Made by a program: the position numbers and the translations under genes. A stretch of 59,294 bases of DNA, counting the filler, from Globobulimina sp. (Eukaryota), in assembly GCA_003354225.1 (NCBI GenBank). It is 7 parts of 7 records of this genome, joined end to end, with 100 filler letters (N's around TTAATTAATTAA, not from the genome) between each part and the next. Parts side by side here need not be neighbours in the genome. Positions count along the whole stretch, not along the records: positions 17,028 to 25,437 come from PIVH01000085.1; positions 25,538 to 33,930 come from PIVH01000086.1; positions 34,031 to 42,404 come from PIVH01000087.1; 4 more parts are not named here. The stretch is one strand, 5' to 3'. This document shows positions 24,801 through 37,000 of this stretch, piece after piece. The notes beneath the pieces are model-generated. The model searched no databases. It was not told where the DNA came from and saw nothing but the letters and a program-made list of their open reading frames with translations. The first letter of the stretch is position 1, and each line of letters opens with the position of its first letter.

Positions 24801-25108
24801 TGTCGGTGGGCCGGAATTAATCTGCCTTGGCATTGGACCTGTTTCAATGATAAGTTTACATCGATTAATTGAGCATTTTGGATTGGTTGGTGTGTATTCT
24901 TTGATATCTTTTCAATATGGTTGACTTTCGACGCGTTATCATAGTCTGATGGTAGCATAGTTATGCGGATTTGCGATGGATCTGTATACATATTGGACGA
25001 GGAAATATATAGTATATAGTAAATATGTATAAATATAGGGGATTCAATATTCATTATATCAATCATTTTAATGGTGGTCATTTTGTTATCATTATGTGTA
25101 AAGAGCAT
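21896..25108 (-). CDS. LINE ORF1 (gag-like, zinc knuckles), interrupted by one in-frame TGA at 23885-23887
   Basis: ORFs 23885..25108 and 21896..23878 are in the same frame (..KKRLQ*RPVNM..). CIKCGQWGHFGSDC knuckle plus further Cys/His clusters. True start uncertain. Confidence 0.7.
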
Positions 25109-25249
25109 CAGGTTTTCAGCGTCAGATTTTTATTGGAGTAAGGTGTCAGCAAACCGTTTCTGGTGACTGATAAAGGTAAAAATTATATAGGTTTGCCTTC
25201 GTTTCTCAGAAACAATAAAAATCTGACGCTGAAAACCTGATGCTCTTTA
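25099..25249. repeat. Perfect 37-bp inverted repeat with 77-nt spacer
   Basis: 25099-25135 TAAAGAGCATCAGGTTTTCAGCGTCAGATTTTTATTG is the exact reverse complement of 25213-25249. Confidence 0.95.
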
Positions 25250-25437
25250 TTGTGAATAATCAAATAATGTATATTTATTTCATTATACAGTGGTAACTCC
25301 TATAAGAGGAAGAATCATACAAATGATCATATTGTATGACTACAGAAGTCTGGGCGACCTTTCCCAGGCAAAATGTGATCCTACATTATAGAATTTATGA
25401 TTTTATTTATGTATGATTATATGATCACTGTATGATC

Positions 25438-25537
25438 NNNNNNNNNNNNNNNNNNNNNNNNNNNNNNNNNNNNNNNNNNNNTTAATTAATTAANNNNNNN
25501 NNNNNNNNNNNNNNNNNNNNNNNNNNNNNNNNNNNNN
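25438..25537. other. Artificial contig spacer
   Basis: N44-TTAATTAATTAA-N44. Confidence 0.98.
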
Positions 25538-28399
25538 AATTTAACAAAGACATACGAACATGAGAGCCAACAGATATTACAGGATTCGTACGGAAAAATA
25601 CAAGAAATGAGGAGCCGCAGTGGAGAATGGCAAGATAGAGCAAAAAGTAACACATTATATAAAGAGTTATTGTGCAGATATGAGCACGAGAAAAAATTAA
25701 GCATCAAGCAATTGGATGGAATAAAGAAACAACAAACGGAGCAGATTGATACAATACGAAAGTCATACAAACGCGAAATAGAAACAATGCAAACTGACTG
25801 CGAATCGGTCAAAAAACAAATGATAGATCGAGTGGCAACATTTAAACAAACGGTTGATGCAATGAAGCAAAATCATAAAACTACGCAACTTGAAACAAAT
25901 ACTAAATATGAGAAAGAAAGCAAATGTTTAAAACAGAAGTATGAACATATTCTGTCGGTACAAAGCCAGACTTTTGAGAAAACAAAAAAAGAATTAATCA
26001 GTCGACATGAAAACGAGACTCATAAACTCAATATTTTACATAAACAGCAAACGCAGCAATTGCATACATCACATGATGGTCACATACAAAATCTGGACAT
26101 CAAACACAATGACACAATAACTAAATTGCAAAATAACATCCAACAACTCGAAAACGGAAAAACTGAGTTAACATCGCAACTAACCGCAAAAATAGAAACA
26201 ATTGTTTCTTTGGAACAGACGATAGATAAAAAGGAGCAAACTAATACCAATTTGAACTGTAAAATCAATGCATTACAGGATGAAAATGGTAAATTGGATT
26301 CAAAACTGGTTCAGTCCCACGATATGTATGATACACTGAAACAGGAATTATTTGATATAAAAATATCATTACAAACTACGCAAACAAAATACGAGTCACT
26401 GCGCAAAAAATACCAACAATCACAGGAAATTATTAAACACAGAGATAAGGCGTTAATTGGATTGACCAATGATACAAAAAAGTTGAGCAATGAACGTGAT
26501 GCGCTACAGTTACAATTAAACACTGCACAGAAAACAATTCAAGAGATGATGAGTGATAAAGCAAAAGCATCACAGATTGCAACATTAAACGATAAGAAAT
26601 TACAATCAGAAATCACCAAATTGAACACAACATTGAATGCAGTAAATGCTAAATACGATAGCAATAAAGGAAAATACAAATCACTTAGCAATCGATATCA
26701 AATACTCTCCAATGGCATGAAACAAACAAAATATACCCTTTCAAATACGAAACAATGTGTCAATGATATATGTGTTACATGGAAAGCGTTTCAATCTGAT
26801 TATTATAAAGATTTTATTTTGTTGAAAGATAACATAATCATTAAATACCAACAAATGGTAAAAGACAAATCACTGAAAATAAAAATGTTGCAATTACAGT
26901 TTGAATCGAAAGTGACAGAGATACAAAATGAGAAACAAATAATTAAAGAGCAGTTAGGGAATAAAGTGAGTAAATTAGAGAGAGATTTGCAATGTATGAG
27001 TATTGAAAATCAGTCATTCAAACAACAAACTACTGCGTTGACCGCAGGCAGAGATACTTTGAAACAAACCATCAAAGAAAACAATGATAATATCAAACGA
27101 CTGCAAAAACGTATAGCACGAAATGATGCAGTTATCGAGAAGAAAAATATCGAACTCGAAAGACTTGGCGCAAATGTTAAAAAATTGGCAAATGAGGTGA
27201 AAGAATGCGAATTAAAGAATAAGAATACAAACGATTATATGAAGAAAATGGAAGCGAAGCATGAAAGAAACAAAATTAAGTTGGAAATGCTGAACAAACA
27301 AACACTCAAAGAAAAAATGAATACGTTGGGTCAATTGAAAGAAACGAAACAAAATATGATGGCGGATAATAAAACACTGCAACAAACACTTAAAAAAGAA
27401 GCCGAAAAATATGAGATAACTATCCGTAAATTACGAGAAAGCAATGGTTTGGAAAAAGAAAATATGAGACATGAATGTAACGAAAAAATAGCAGAAATGC
27501 GTCGGGGTCATACAGTTGCAATCAATGATTTAATGCAAGAAAATGAATCAAAAATTGGACAGTCAACAAATACATTTGCAGACAAAATGGATAAATATAG
27601 ACAAGAATGCGAGCACAAATTAAAAGAATTCAGGATCAGTCAACAAAGTGAAATGAATAAATTAAGGAAAATGCATAACTTACAAATGGAACAAAAAAGC
27701 AGTGATTCTGAAAATTTGCTGGATTCAGAACTAAAAAAACAAAAACAAGACTTTGATTATGAAACTAAAGAAATGGAAAAAAAATACGAAGAGGAAATAC
27801 AAACTGTGACGAACCAAAATGAGAGTACAATGAATCAAATCTTACACCAAAAGCATGATGAAATCAAAGGATTACAAGCGAAAATTGACGATTTGGATCA
27901 AGACATTTCATGTTTAAATCAGACCATTGAGGATAAAATACATCAATTAAAACAAAACGAACACGAATTTGAAGCAGAAAAAGAAAAATTATATCAACAT
28001 TTTAAAGATGAAAAACTTGCGATGCAGCAAGAAAAACAACAATTATCAGACAAATTTGAACACGAAAAAGCCGAAATTATAGCAAAACAACAGCATAAAA
28101 TCACAGAATTGAGTACAAAATACGAACAAACTTTGACAGAAATGAAAGCAAAGATGAATAGTTTACAGCAAGATTACGAAACATTGACAATCAAATATAA
28201 AAATAGGCCCTCACGAAAGACAGACATCGATAAAATCAAGGCGTTAAACATCAAAATAAAACAGCAAGTAAAAAAAGTGAAAACCAGCGAAACAAATATG
28301 CGCAAACTCAAACACGAACTGCTAAATCGAGAGAAAAACTTTAACCAATTATTTGGTCGCAAACCAACCGTTGGAGTCATGAATGTAGGGTACAAATAG
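25538..28399 (+). CDS. Long coiled-coil protein, FAM184-like C-terminus; 5'-partial
   Basis: ~950 codons of K/E/Q heptads ending NRPSRKTDIDKI..ELLNREKNFNQLFGRKPTVGVMN, which resembles the FAM184 C-terminal motif. Confidence 0.65.
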   Translation, partial: NLTKTYEHESQQILQDSYGKIQEMRSRSGEWQDRAKSNTLYKELLCRYEHEKKLSIKQLDGIKKQQTEQIDTIRKSYKREIETMQTDCESVKKQMIDRVATFKQTVDAMKQNHKTTQLETNTKYEKESKCLKQKYEHILSVQSQTFEKTKKELISRHENETHKLNILHKQQTQQLHTSHDGHIQNLDIKHNDTITKLQNNIQQLENGKTELTSQLTAKIETIVSLEQTIDKKEQTNTNLNCKINALQDENGKLDSKLVQSHDMYDTLKQELFDIKISLQTTQTKYESLRKKYQQSQEIIKHRDKALIGLTNDTKKLSNERDALQLQLNTAQKTIQEMMSDKAKASQIATLNDKKLQSEITKLNTTLNAVNAKYDSNKGKYKSLSNRYQILSNGMKQTKYTLSNTKQCVNDICVTWKAFQSDYYKDFILLKDNIIIKYQQMVKDKSLKIKMLQLQFESKVTEIQNEKQIIKEQLGNKVSKLERDLQCMSIENQSFKQQTTALTAGRDTLKQTIKENNDNIKRLQKRIARNDAVIEKKNIELERLGANVKKLANEVKECELKNKNTNDYMKKMEAKHERNKIKLEMLNKQTLKEKMNTLGQLKETKQNMMADNKTLQQTLKKEAEKYEITIRKLRESNGLEKENMRHECNEKIAEMRRGHTVAINDLMQENESKIGQSTNTFADKMDKYRQECEHKLKEFRISQQSEMNKLRKMHNLQMEQKSSDSENLLDSELKKQKQDFDYETKEMEKKYEEEIQTVTNQNESTMNQILHQKHDEIKGLQAKIDDLDQDISCLNQTIEDKIHQLKQNEHEFEAEKEKLYQHFKDEKLAMQQEKQQLSDKFEHEKAEIIAKQQHKITELSTKYEQTLTEMKAKMNSLQQDYETLTIKYKNRPSRKTDIDKIKALNIKIKQQVKKVKTSETNMRKLKHELLNREKNFNQLFGRKPTVGVMNVGYK

Positions 28400-31300
28400 A
28401 AATAACAAGAATGACAAACCTAATCAGATCAGTAAGTACCGATATAACCAGCTTCAATGCCATTGTTTGCAGCGCATTGTTTTCAAATACCATCGGTTGT
28501 GTGTCGGACTGATTAATAATGGATTGTATGTTTGATGTGGTGTGGCTATCAATAAAAGATAATATTGCTTGCAATGATTTGGACGATATATTGGGTATAA
28601 ATGTCCTTTTGGTCGCTTTCAAATCTTTTTTCTTGGCCCACTGTGGTCTATCCACCGGGATGCCATTCTTGATAAACAATGCACACTTGGCATAGTCATA
28701 AAAATCTAATTGTTTATTCGCACCGATTTCCTGTTTAAACACTTTTAATTGTTGATTTGCTTCGGTTATTTTCAATATTCGTTGCAACTGAATCCAATTT
28801 ATTCTGCCGGTGCCTTGTACGTCTGCGCTATGCCAATTGTTGAGAAACTCAGTCCGAATCTGCTCATCCTTGACAAATTTGGCCAGCCACGCATCGGCTT
28901 CTTCTTCGTCCAACATGTCATGTGCGATTATGGTGGCTTTAGACCGCCCGAATTCATGCGCTACTTTGGGGTAAAATAAATACGAGACTTCCGGCACTTC
29001 TTTTAAGATATCAATGGCGGTGCTTAATAACCTTTCAATGCCTTTGCGCGATTTTCTATCTCTATCCGCGTCCTCTTTTTTTTCATCATCATCATCCAAC
29101 AATAAATCCATCCATTTATATAAGTGATGACAGCGGGAATACGCCGTTGTGAAAAATGTGCGATATCCGTGTTTATATAATTCCTTTGCTCGGTTATAGA
29201 CAGCGCCAAAGGTATCGTCATATTTGGAGGAATTTGGATAAGTTATAATCTCTTCTAATAAATGACATAATTTGTCCAGGGTTTTTTGTTTAATTTTACG
29301 ATACGAGTCAAGAAAATATATATCTTCTTCCGTTTCATCCGCTAAATCTTCTTCATCTGTTTTGGTTTCTTTTTGTTCAGCCGCTTTTTCTTCAGTATCC
29401 ATTTTCTTTTTTGGCTTTAAATTGATTACAAATTCACACGTTTCAGCATCGACAATAAAGTGTTTCGACGCAGATGTTTTTGGTTCAACGGATTCGATTT
29501 TAAATCTTAAATTTGGTAAATTGTCCAAAGCACTGTCATTCTTCTCCAATTCCAATACATTTTTTATAGTTTCATCGTCAAAATCAATTTTATTTTTCCT
29601 CAGAGCTTTCATATTAATCACTGTTTGGTTTGTGATTAAAATATCTTTGCGCTCTTTTTTGAAATATTGTGCAATATAAAATGTTTCAATAAACCTATTT
29701 TCTCGGAACTGGTTCGGTAATGCTTTTAAATCATTGGCAATTGCACGCAGCACAATTTTAGTGGATTTGGACGACACCGCGGCATCGATAGACACCACAT
29801 CACCAGGTTTAATACATAAATTTGCCAATCCATACGACGATGAAATATATATAGTTTCATCGTCATCGTCGTGAAATTCCTTCACTTTTAAGGCAATCTC
29901 CCGGTCATTGGATCGAATGACAATATTAGTGCCAATTTCAGCGTCAATACTCCTGGATAAGCTCAATGAAATGGTGCAAAAATAATCCTTTACAGCGTCA
30001 TTTTGCTGCGCAAACAATACCACACCTTCCGTTTCAAACATTTTCGACGGTAAATATTCGATATTAATCTGTAACAAACCAAAAATTGACTGCAACAGCA
30101 CCCCATAAAACAACATTTGTTTTGGATCATGAGCCGTACCTCCATCTGCATCACAATCTATTCTCTTCAAATAAGCCCAGCATTGATCCAATATTCCAAA
30201 CATGGAATGAAATGTGTCCTCGTTTTGACCAATCACAAATTTCTGCCAATCCGCAGTCTGTTTCTTCGCCATCAGGTCCAACTGTGCTATCAATGCAACC
30301 ACAACACGCGTTGCTTCACATATCTCCCCAGCTACGCCTGGTATGGCAAACTGTGGATGGATCAATATCGTATCCGGCGTAGACGGCGCAGCAATCATCT
30401 CCTTCGCGGTCAAACCATCATTTTTGTCCTTATCCGGTGCGGGCAAACTAAAAAATTGTTGAATAATACCATGCAACGGATCAAACGTCCAAATTGAGTT
30501 TGTCATACATTCATAACATGATATCTTATTATTGACCGTCGACTGTGCCATTTCTTTTTTTTCCTCCGTGCCCTTCATTTCATCCACAAGCTCTTTCAAT
30601 TCTGCCTTTGGCAGCTCACTGGTCGCTGTATTAATGCCCAATATCTTCTTGGTAGATTTCACCGAATGCAAATGATCAGTAATAATGTTGTCATGCTGTA
30701 CTGTGTCCAGACCATTGCGCGGCACAATAACATCTCGTTGATGTAATATGCGACTGCCGGCACCACCGCATATCCTCATACGTGGTTCATGCAAACATGA
30801 GATATCAATCTCCGGCTTATCGCCTTCCTCATCATCATAAAACTTTAGATTCTCCGCATCCGTAACCCCCAAACGAATGCCGCCCGGCACTGTAAAGGCC
30901 ATACTATTCGGTCCACTCATAAACGTCGCATGCTGCAGCACATCCGCATGCATCCCAGCTTCCGTATTCTCAGTCTGTACCACCGAAGTATACAATCCCG
31001 CATCCAACGAGATGACAGTTTGGTCCTTAAAGGCCTCCGACAGTGTCGGTTTGCGCACAGTGCCAGTCTTACCAATCATGCACTCGCCATACGAGTTACT
31101 GCCGCACGAATACAACTCATTCTTGTCCGTCAACCACATGCTATGAAAGCCACCACACGCCATATCCACCACTGCTTTGTCCTTAAAAAACTCGGGTGTG
31201 ACCGGAGTGGCTTCGTGCGAGGATTTATCAGTACCCAATGCATAATTCGATGCATAGCCCCACATATAACACACACCATCCATCGTAATACAGCCGCTGT

Positions 31301-33503
31301 GATAATAGCCAGCCACGATTTTCTTGACTTTCTTACCCAGGAAAAAGTCAATTTTCCTCGGTACGTCACGGTTATTGGTCTTATGACCGTGACCTAACTG
31401 TCCGTACGAGTTTTGTCCACAGGAATATATCTGTCCTTTGTCGTCCAACAGCAACATATGCGTGTACGAATTGGCAGTGTACACAATTTTAATCCCCTGC
31501 AACGCGTCAACTTTCTCCGGGATGGCCACGCGTTTCTTATCCTTGCCATGTCCCAACGCGCCATAATCGTCATAGCCGCACGTGTACACTTCGCCTTTAT
31601 TGGTCACAAAAACAGAGATTCGATTATCTGCAGAGATGTGGGTTATTTTCAGGCCATCTAAGCCCTTTACCCTTTGTGGTTTTAGTTTATTGGCATTTTC
31701 GCCAATGCCTAATTGCGAGTTATGTCCACTTCCATGCGAGTAAACCTCTCCATTCTCCATTAATACAATCAAATGGTCCGAATAAGTACCACTGGCCACC
31801 ATTTTAACAGCGCCTTTTTTTTTATACCATTCGTGCAATTTGGCAGTTTTAACCACGGTGGTGTTGCCTAAACCAAATTGCCCGCTGGAATTATGGCCCG
31901 CGACGTACAAATCGCCCGATTGCGTCAGATAACTATGCCATTGGTTGCCGCCGGCGATTTGTTTAAAGGCTCCGCCGGTGATTTCATTGGCCCATTCCAG
32001 CAATATGGGCTTACTGTGTCTGGTGGTATTTCCTAAGCCGAATTCTGAGTTCATATTTCCACCGCAACCATAGCATCCACCCACGGATTTATTGCCTAAA
32101 TTGATCGGTCCGGTCAGTTTTACAGATTGGCTGTATGCGTAGCTATTGTTCGTATTCGTAAATTGAATGATTTCATATTCAAAAGTGTCACCTTTTTTGG
32201 CGTCCTTTTGTTTGACTGTTTTATGTAACACTGAGAGATATTTCCCATTGGAAAAGGACGGCGTGTATTGTTTCAACCATTCTGCGTTATAATATTCATC
32301 ATTTGCAGTCTTATCAAATGCGTTGGCGTCGATATAGTTTACGTGCTGTAAGGAATTGCAATCGATTTGTACAAAACAATGTGGTTCGATGCATTTGGCT
32401 CGAAATAGTAAGGTTGACTTTGGCTCATTTAATAAGATCAAACAGCCGTGATTACCATTATAAAAGTTGTCATTTTGAGCGTAAATCTTTGCTTTTATGG
32501 TGTTATGATATCCTGTGCCGATTTTCAATAAACCAAAATGTCCGTAAATGAATAAATATTTACCATCACAGACCATGCTGCCCATATGTTTGTGTTTTGT
32601 ATGTGGCGCGATGCCGATGTTGTATTCATCGACAATTAATTTAGGATTCGGGGGATATAATTTGGTGGATCTCACTCGGTTTGCAAGGGTCAGCAAGGTC
32701 CGAGGTAACGGGAATGTGACATTGGATTTATTCTTAGATTGCGTGCATTTTAATAAAGTTTCGATAATGGCTAATAATCGCGGCGCAGAAGCACGAGTCA
32801 GTGCCAATTCCACTGCGGTGGCAAATACTTTTTGTTGGTCGTCGTCGGATAAGATATCAGTCTCTATTTCGTTGCTTGTGGCTTCTAATAATAAGGATTG
32901 CAATATATTTTCGAGTTTATTTAATGGTTTCTGTGTGTTGCGGGTGTTTATGATTTATATGTTGTGCAAGGATGAAAGTGTCATAACACATAAGCTTAGC
33001 TGTTGGTTCATTTGATAATGCATTTAAATCAAGTCTCCCAATGGAATCTAATAAGATTTCTAATATTTGCGACGAAGCAGATGGGTCGGTGCGTATTAAT
33101 TCGTTTACTAAATCAAAATTGTCACATAAGGACTGGCTAACTTCGTCGGTTAATTTTATTTCCTCAGCTTCATCTTCTGTGGATTCATTATTACCGACCT
33201 TTTTGGGTTTAAATGTTTTTAACTTTTGGTGTAATCGACACATAAGAGCTAATTTCATTTGATACAAACAGTTGAAATGAGACATCCCACCAACATGAGA
33301 GCGAGACATTTCATTTGTCAATGCATCGTTTGGATGTAGATGGGATAAATCGGTAAATTCTCTTTTCGTCAAATCATTGTCCTGTCCGTATGTATTATAT
33401 TGTTTACATATATTTTAACATGCATTGTAATTATAACTTACCCTCAGTATTTTTGATAATTGGTCAAATGGCTGTTCATCTTCTTTTTTGTCTCCATCTG
33501 CCA
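28377..33503 (-). CDS. Large RCC1-repeat protein (MYCBP2/HECTD4/HERC-like N-terminal part) with EF-hand-like region
   Basis: CDGKYLFIYG..GLLKIGTGY..T motif; about seven RCC1 repeats (G.N..GQLG.G...P); ADVQGTGRINW EF-hand-like. Upstream exons at ~33441-33503 and ~32990-33380. The C-terminus is probably incomplete. Confidence 0.75.
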
Positions 33504-33548
33504 TGGCCCACAACGCAATATTAATGAAATAATACGATAAATCAAAAA

Positions 33549-33626
33549 AACTTACTTACTTTAAACCCTGTATTTTTCCTTTGGTTTGCGTTATACCGTA
33601 TAACTTACTTACTTTAAACCCTGTAT
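33549..33626 (+). repeat. 25-bp direct repeat AACTTACTTACTTTAAACCCTGTAT (33549-33573, 33602-33626)
   Basis: Exact duplicate read from the sequence, just upstream of the RCC1 gene start. Confidence 0.85.
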
Positions 33627-33930
33627 AACTTATACGCATATTAGCATTCGGTACAAATTTAATTTATACATGGCTTCATCAACACAGAAGAAAAAGTTTA
33701 GTGAATGCATCATCTAAATTAATTATATATTTCAATTAGAATTATAGTGCATTTAACTGAATTGAAAGCAAAGTCGATAATTCAGTTTATTTTATCCGTC
33801 TACAGTCTATATTTATTAGTCTAATCGAATAAATGTTTAATTATATCAATCATATTTATGTTGAAAAGGATATAATACAGAATTACCTACATTTTTTTTG
33901 CTGGGTCGAATAACCTTGATATCATTGCTG

Positions 33931-34030
33931 NNNNNNNNNNNNNNNNNNNNNNNNNNNNNNNNNNNNNNNNNNNNTTAATTAATTAANNNNNNNNNNNNNN
34001 NNNNNNNNNNNNNNNNNNNNNNNNNNNNNN
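33931..34030. other. Artificial contig spacer
   Basis: N44-TTAATTAATTAA-N44. Confidence 0.98.
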
Positions 34031-34075
34031 GACTTATAATATAATTAAATAACGATTCAAACAAAAGTAAAACAA

Positions 34076-37000
34076 TTATGTTAATATTTGTTGTATGTTG
34101 ATGAGGTTGAAATATTTTAACATTTGATTATTTTGCTTGATTGCATTGATTGTTAATTGTTGATCAGAATTAAATATTTGAGACATATCATTGGCATTTT
34201 CAATATTTTGAATTCCTCTCATTTGCATTGATCGTAAATGTGCGTTTGTAATATTTGTTGTGTCTTGAATTACATTTAAATTCTCCATCAACGACACAAT
34301 TTTCTCAAACCCAAAATGGCTCTCATCATTAAAACATAAATGATATAACAACTCATTATAACTTATCTCATCACCGTCCGATTCGGATTTGAATAAATTA
34401 AATAAAATATGTTGCCACACATTGTTCGCTGTTTTATCAAACCATAATAAAACTCCACCAAACTCTTTTTCATTTAACTAAATATTAAAAATAATAAATT
34501 GTTATAAAAACTGAAAATGTAATAAATAAATAAACAAACTGTTGCGGAATGATTTATATCTTTGGCATTGAACGCTTGTTTTAACTCAAATAATGTATCT
34601 AATGACGGAATAATTATTGTATTACTAATAACAGATAAGGTGTGAAACATTAATGACACCACAAACAATTTCCAATTCACATATTCATCCAATCCAATAA
34701 TAACAACTGACGATAACAACAAATCTATTTTATGATCATTTAAATTATTACACCATAATCGAGGCAAAATTGGTTCATTATCAACATCGATATCATTTGA
34801 CAATTTTTCTAATATTCCATACATTGTTTTGTATTCAATGACACCGGAAACGTTTTGGGTTTGTGACTGAAACAATTTTATAAATTGTTTGATTTGTTTG
34901 GCGGTGAAAGCAATTGCAAATTGATGCTTTGTGCTGGTTTTTTGTATTGGATTTGGCATTGGACAGACAATCACATCCTGATCAATTAAAAAATTCTGTC
35001 CATCCAAAATTAATTTATAATGCAATGGACATTCATTGCCAATGCATTGTTCAATGTGCTGTACCAAGGAATCAATTGCTTCATTTTCTGAATTAATGCG
35101 AAGCCCAATCCATTGGTCCATTTTCTGCAATAAATTATTGTGTCTCTGAGACACATCTCGCAAATGAAAGTTTAATATTTTATTTAAACGCAACAAACGT
35201 ATTTTCAACCTCGTATTTTCATCATTTATTAATTGACCTTCGGCCTCATTTTCAGGATTATCTTTGACGATATATTGCAAAGCCATATCAATGGCATTTT
35301 GTAATTTATCGTTTTCGTTTTCCAATTTCTTGTTTTGTGGCTTAATAATAGTGAACAAATCAATTTGCTGCACAGGTTTGTCGCACATTTTTTGCCCGTT
35401 TTTCAATGAAAAGTAATCTTTTATCACTCGAATGGTGGCAATATATCGATGTAATTCGTATTGAATGACATTAATCATTGTTTGCAATAAAATGTTATTC
35501 TCTTTTTTTAACCAAACACTTTTTTTAATATTATCCAATTCTTTGAGTGATTCATTTTTTTTCTCCATTGAATATTGAAATAATTTGAAACTTAATTCTT
35601 TTGATTGTTGCTTTAGTTCATCTTTTGTATCATCATTGCATCTCTCATCTGAATCGGTGTTGTTATTAAATTCATTTTGAAATTGATCAATTATTAATTG
35701 TTTGCCATCTTTTGCACGTAGAAAATTATAGAAATATTCACGAGTCGATGCCAAATATGCTAAAACTCGCCTTCTTCCATGCCGTAATAACTCAAATGTG
35801 GACAGTATATTATCGATGTATGATTCTTCAAAATTGCACCAAAAAGAATGTAATTCACCGTATATCTCTTCATCTGACAATTTATTATTTTCTGCTTCTT
35901 TCTCTTCTGTTTCTTCCTCGATTTCATTTTCATTTTCGTTTTGGTTGTTATCTGGAACATTTTCTGCAGTTTCTTCGTTTTTGTTGAGCTCTAATTTCTG
36001 TTCTTCGTTTTCTTTTTCTTTTTTTATTTGTATTTGTTGTCTAATTATTTCAATCAAAGAGAGAGTCAATGTCTTTCTGTCCTGATTACAATTCAATTCC
36101 CTCCAAATACCAAATGTATTAAACCAATTCGCAAGTTCTTCTTTCCTGTCATTCCATGCTTTGATATGTTCGGCCAAACCGGCTCCATTTTCTTCGACTG
36201 AGCCAGATCTCAATCGTTCCTAAGTCAAAAAGCAAAATTACATTACAAACAATTAGAAAAACACTATTCGCATAATTTAAAGTTGAAATCCGATCACAAA
36301 GATAAAAAAAAACACAGTGCGCAGGTTATACATTTATGGGACAATACATAGTGTTTTCCACAGATGTTAAACTTTAATGCATTGGTCATGCGGTGGCGGG
36401 TTTGCTGTGATATGATAAACGCGGCCACTTTCTTCATCAATCAATCTTCCTTCGCCTCGACTCAACAAAACCGTGTCAACATCGTCCGTCTCATTGTTTC
36501 CTTCAACGTCTAAATAAAAAACAAAATCTAATCCGCTTGGAATGGTCTCACTTTCTGACGCATCTTTTTCTGGCGGTGGTGCGATTTTCGATTTTTTCTG
36601 TTTGGTTGGTGCAGCAACAACGTATCCACTTAATTTGTTTTCGAGTAACTCTGCCTGGGATTTGCGGTTCGGAAAACCGTCCAAGATCCAACCATTTACT
36701 TTCTGCTCGTCCTTCCCTGACAGTATCGCATCAAATATAGCGTCGATATATAACTCATCATCCACTCCTTTACCGTCTTGCAACACGCTCCTTAACCTCT
36801 CGCCAATCTGTTGCTGTCTACTTAGCTCATTCTCAGTGGCAAAAACTTCTGAGTGTGCATCAAATGATTGCATGGCAGCTTCTATGCACTTTTGAGGCTC
36901 AATCACTTGCAATGCGTATCTATCTGCAATTTGCTGCGCTTGTGTGGTTTTACCAACATATGGTTTGCCAATAAATGCAATGCAAATAGGAACATCTGGG

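Larger units (their letters stand above)
17028..25437 (-). mobile_element. Non-LTR retrotransposon (LINE) of the RNase H-bearing I/ingi/Tad1-like group, near full length
   Basis: ORF1 with CCHC knuckle followed by APE-RT-RNase H-ZnF ORF2. Termini are not resolved (contig ends; no poly-A or TSD seen). Confidence 0.9.

Noticed and set aside
25136-25212. Hammerhead ribozyme in the LINE 5' hairpin (CTGA.. and GAAAC words present)
   Set aside because: The CUGANGA core and the NUH cleavage triplet are not correctly placed on either strand.
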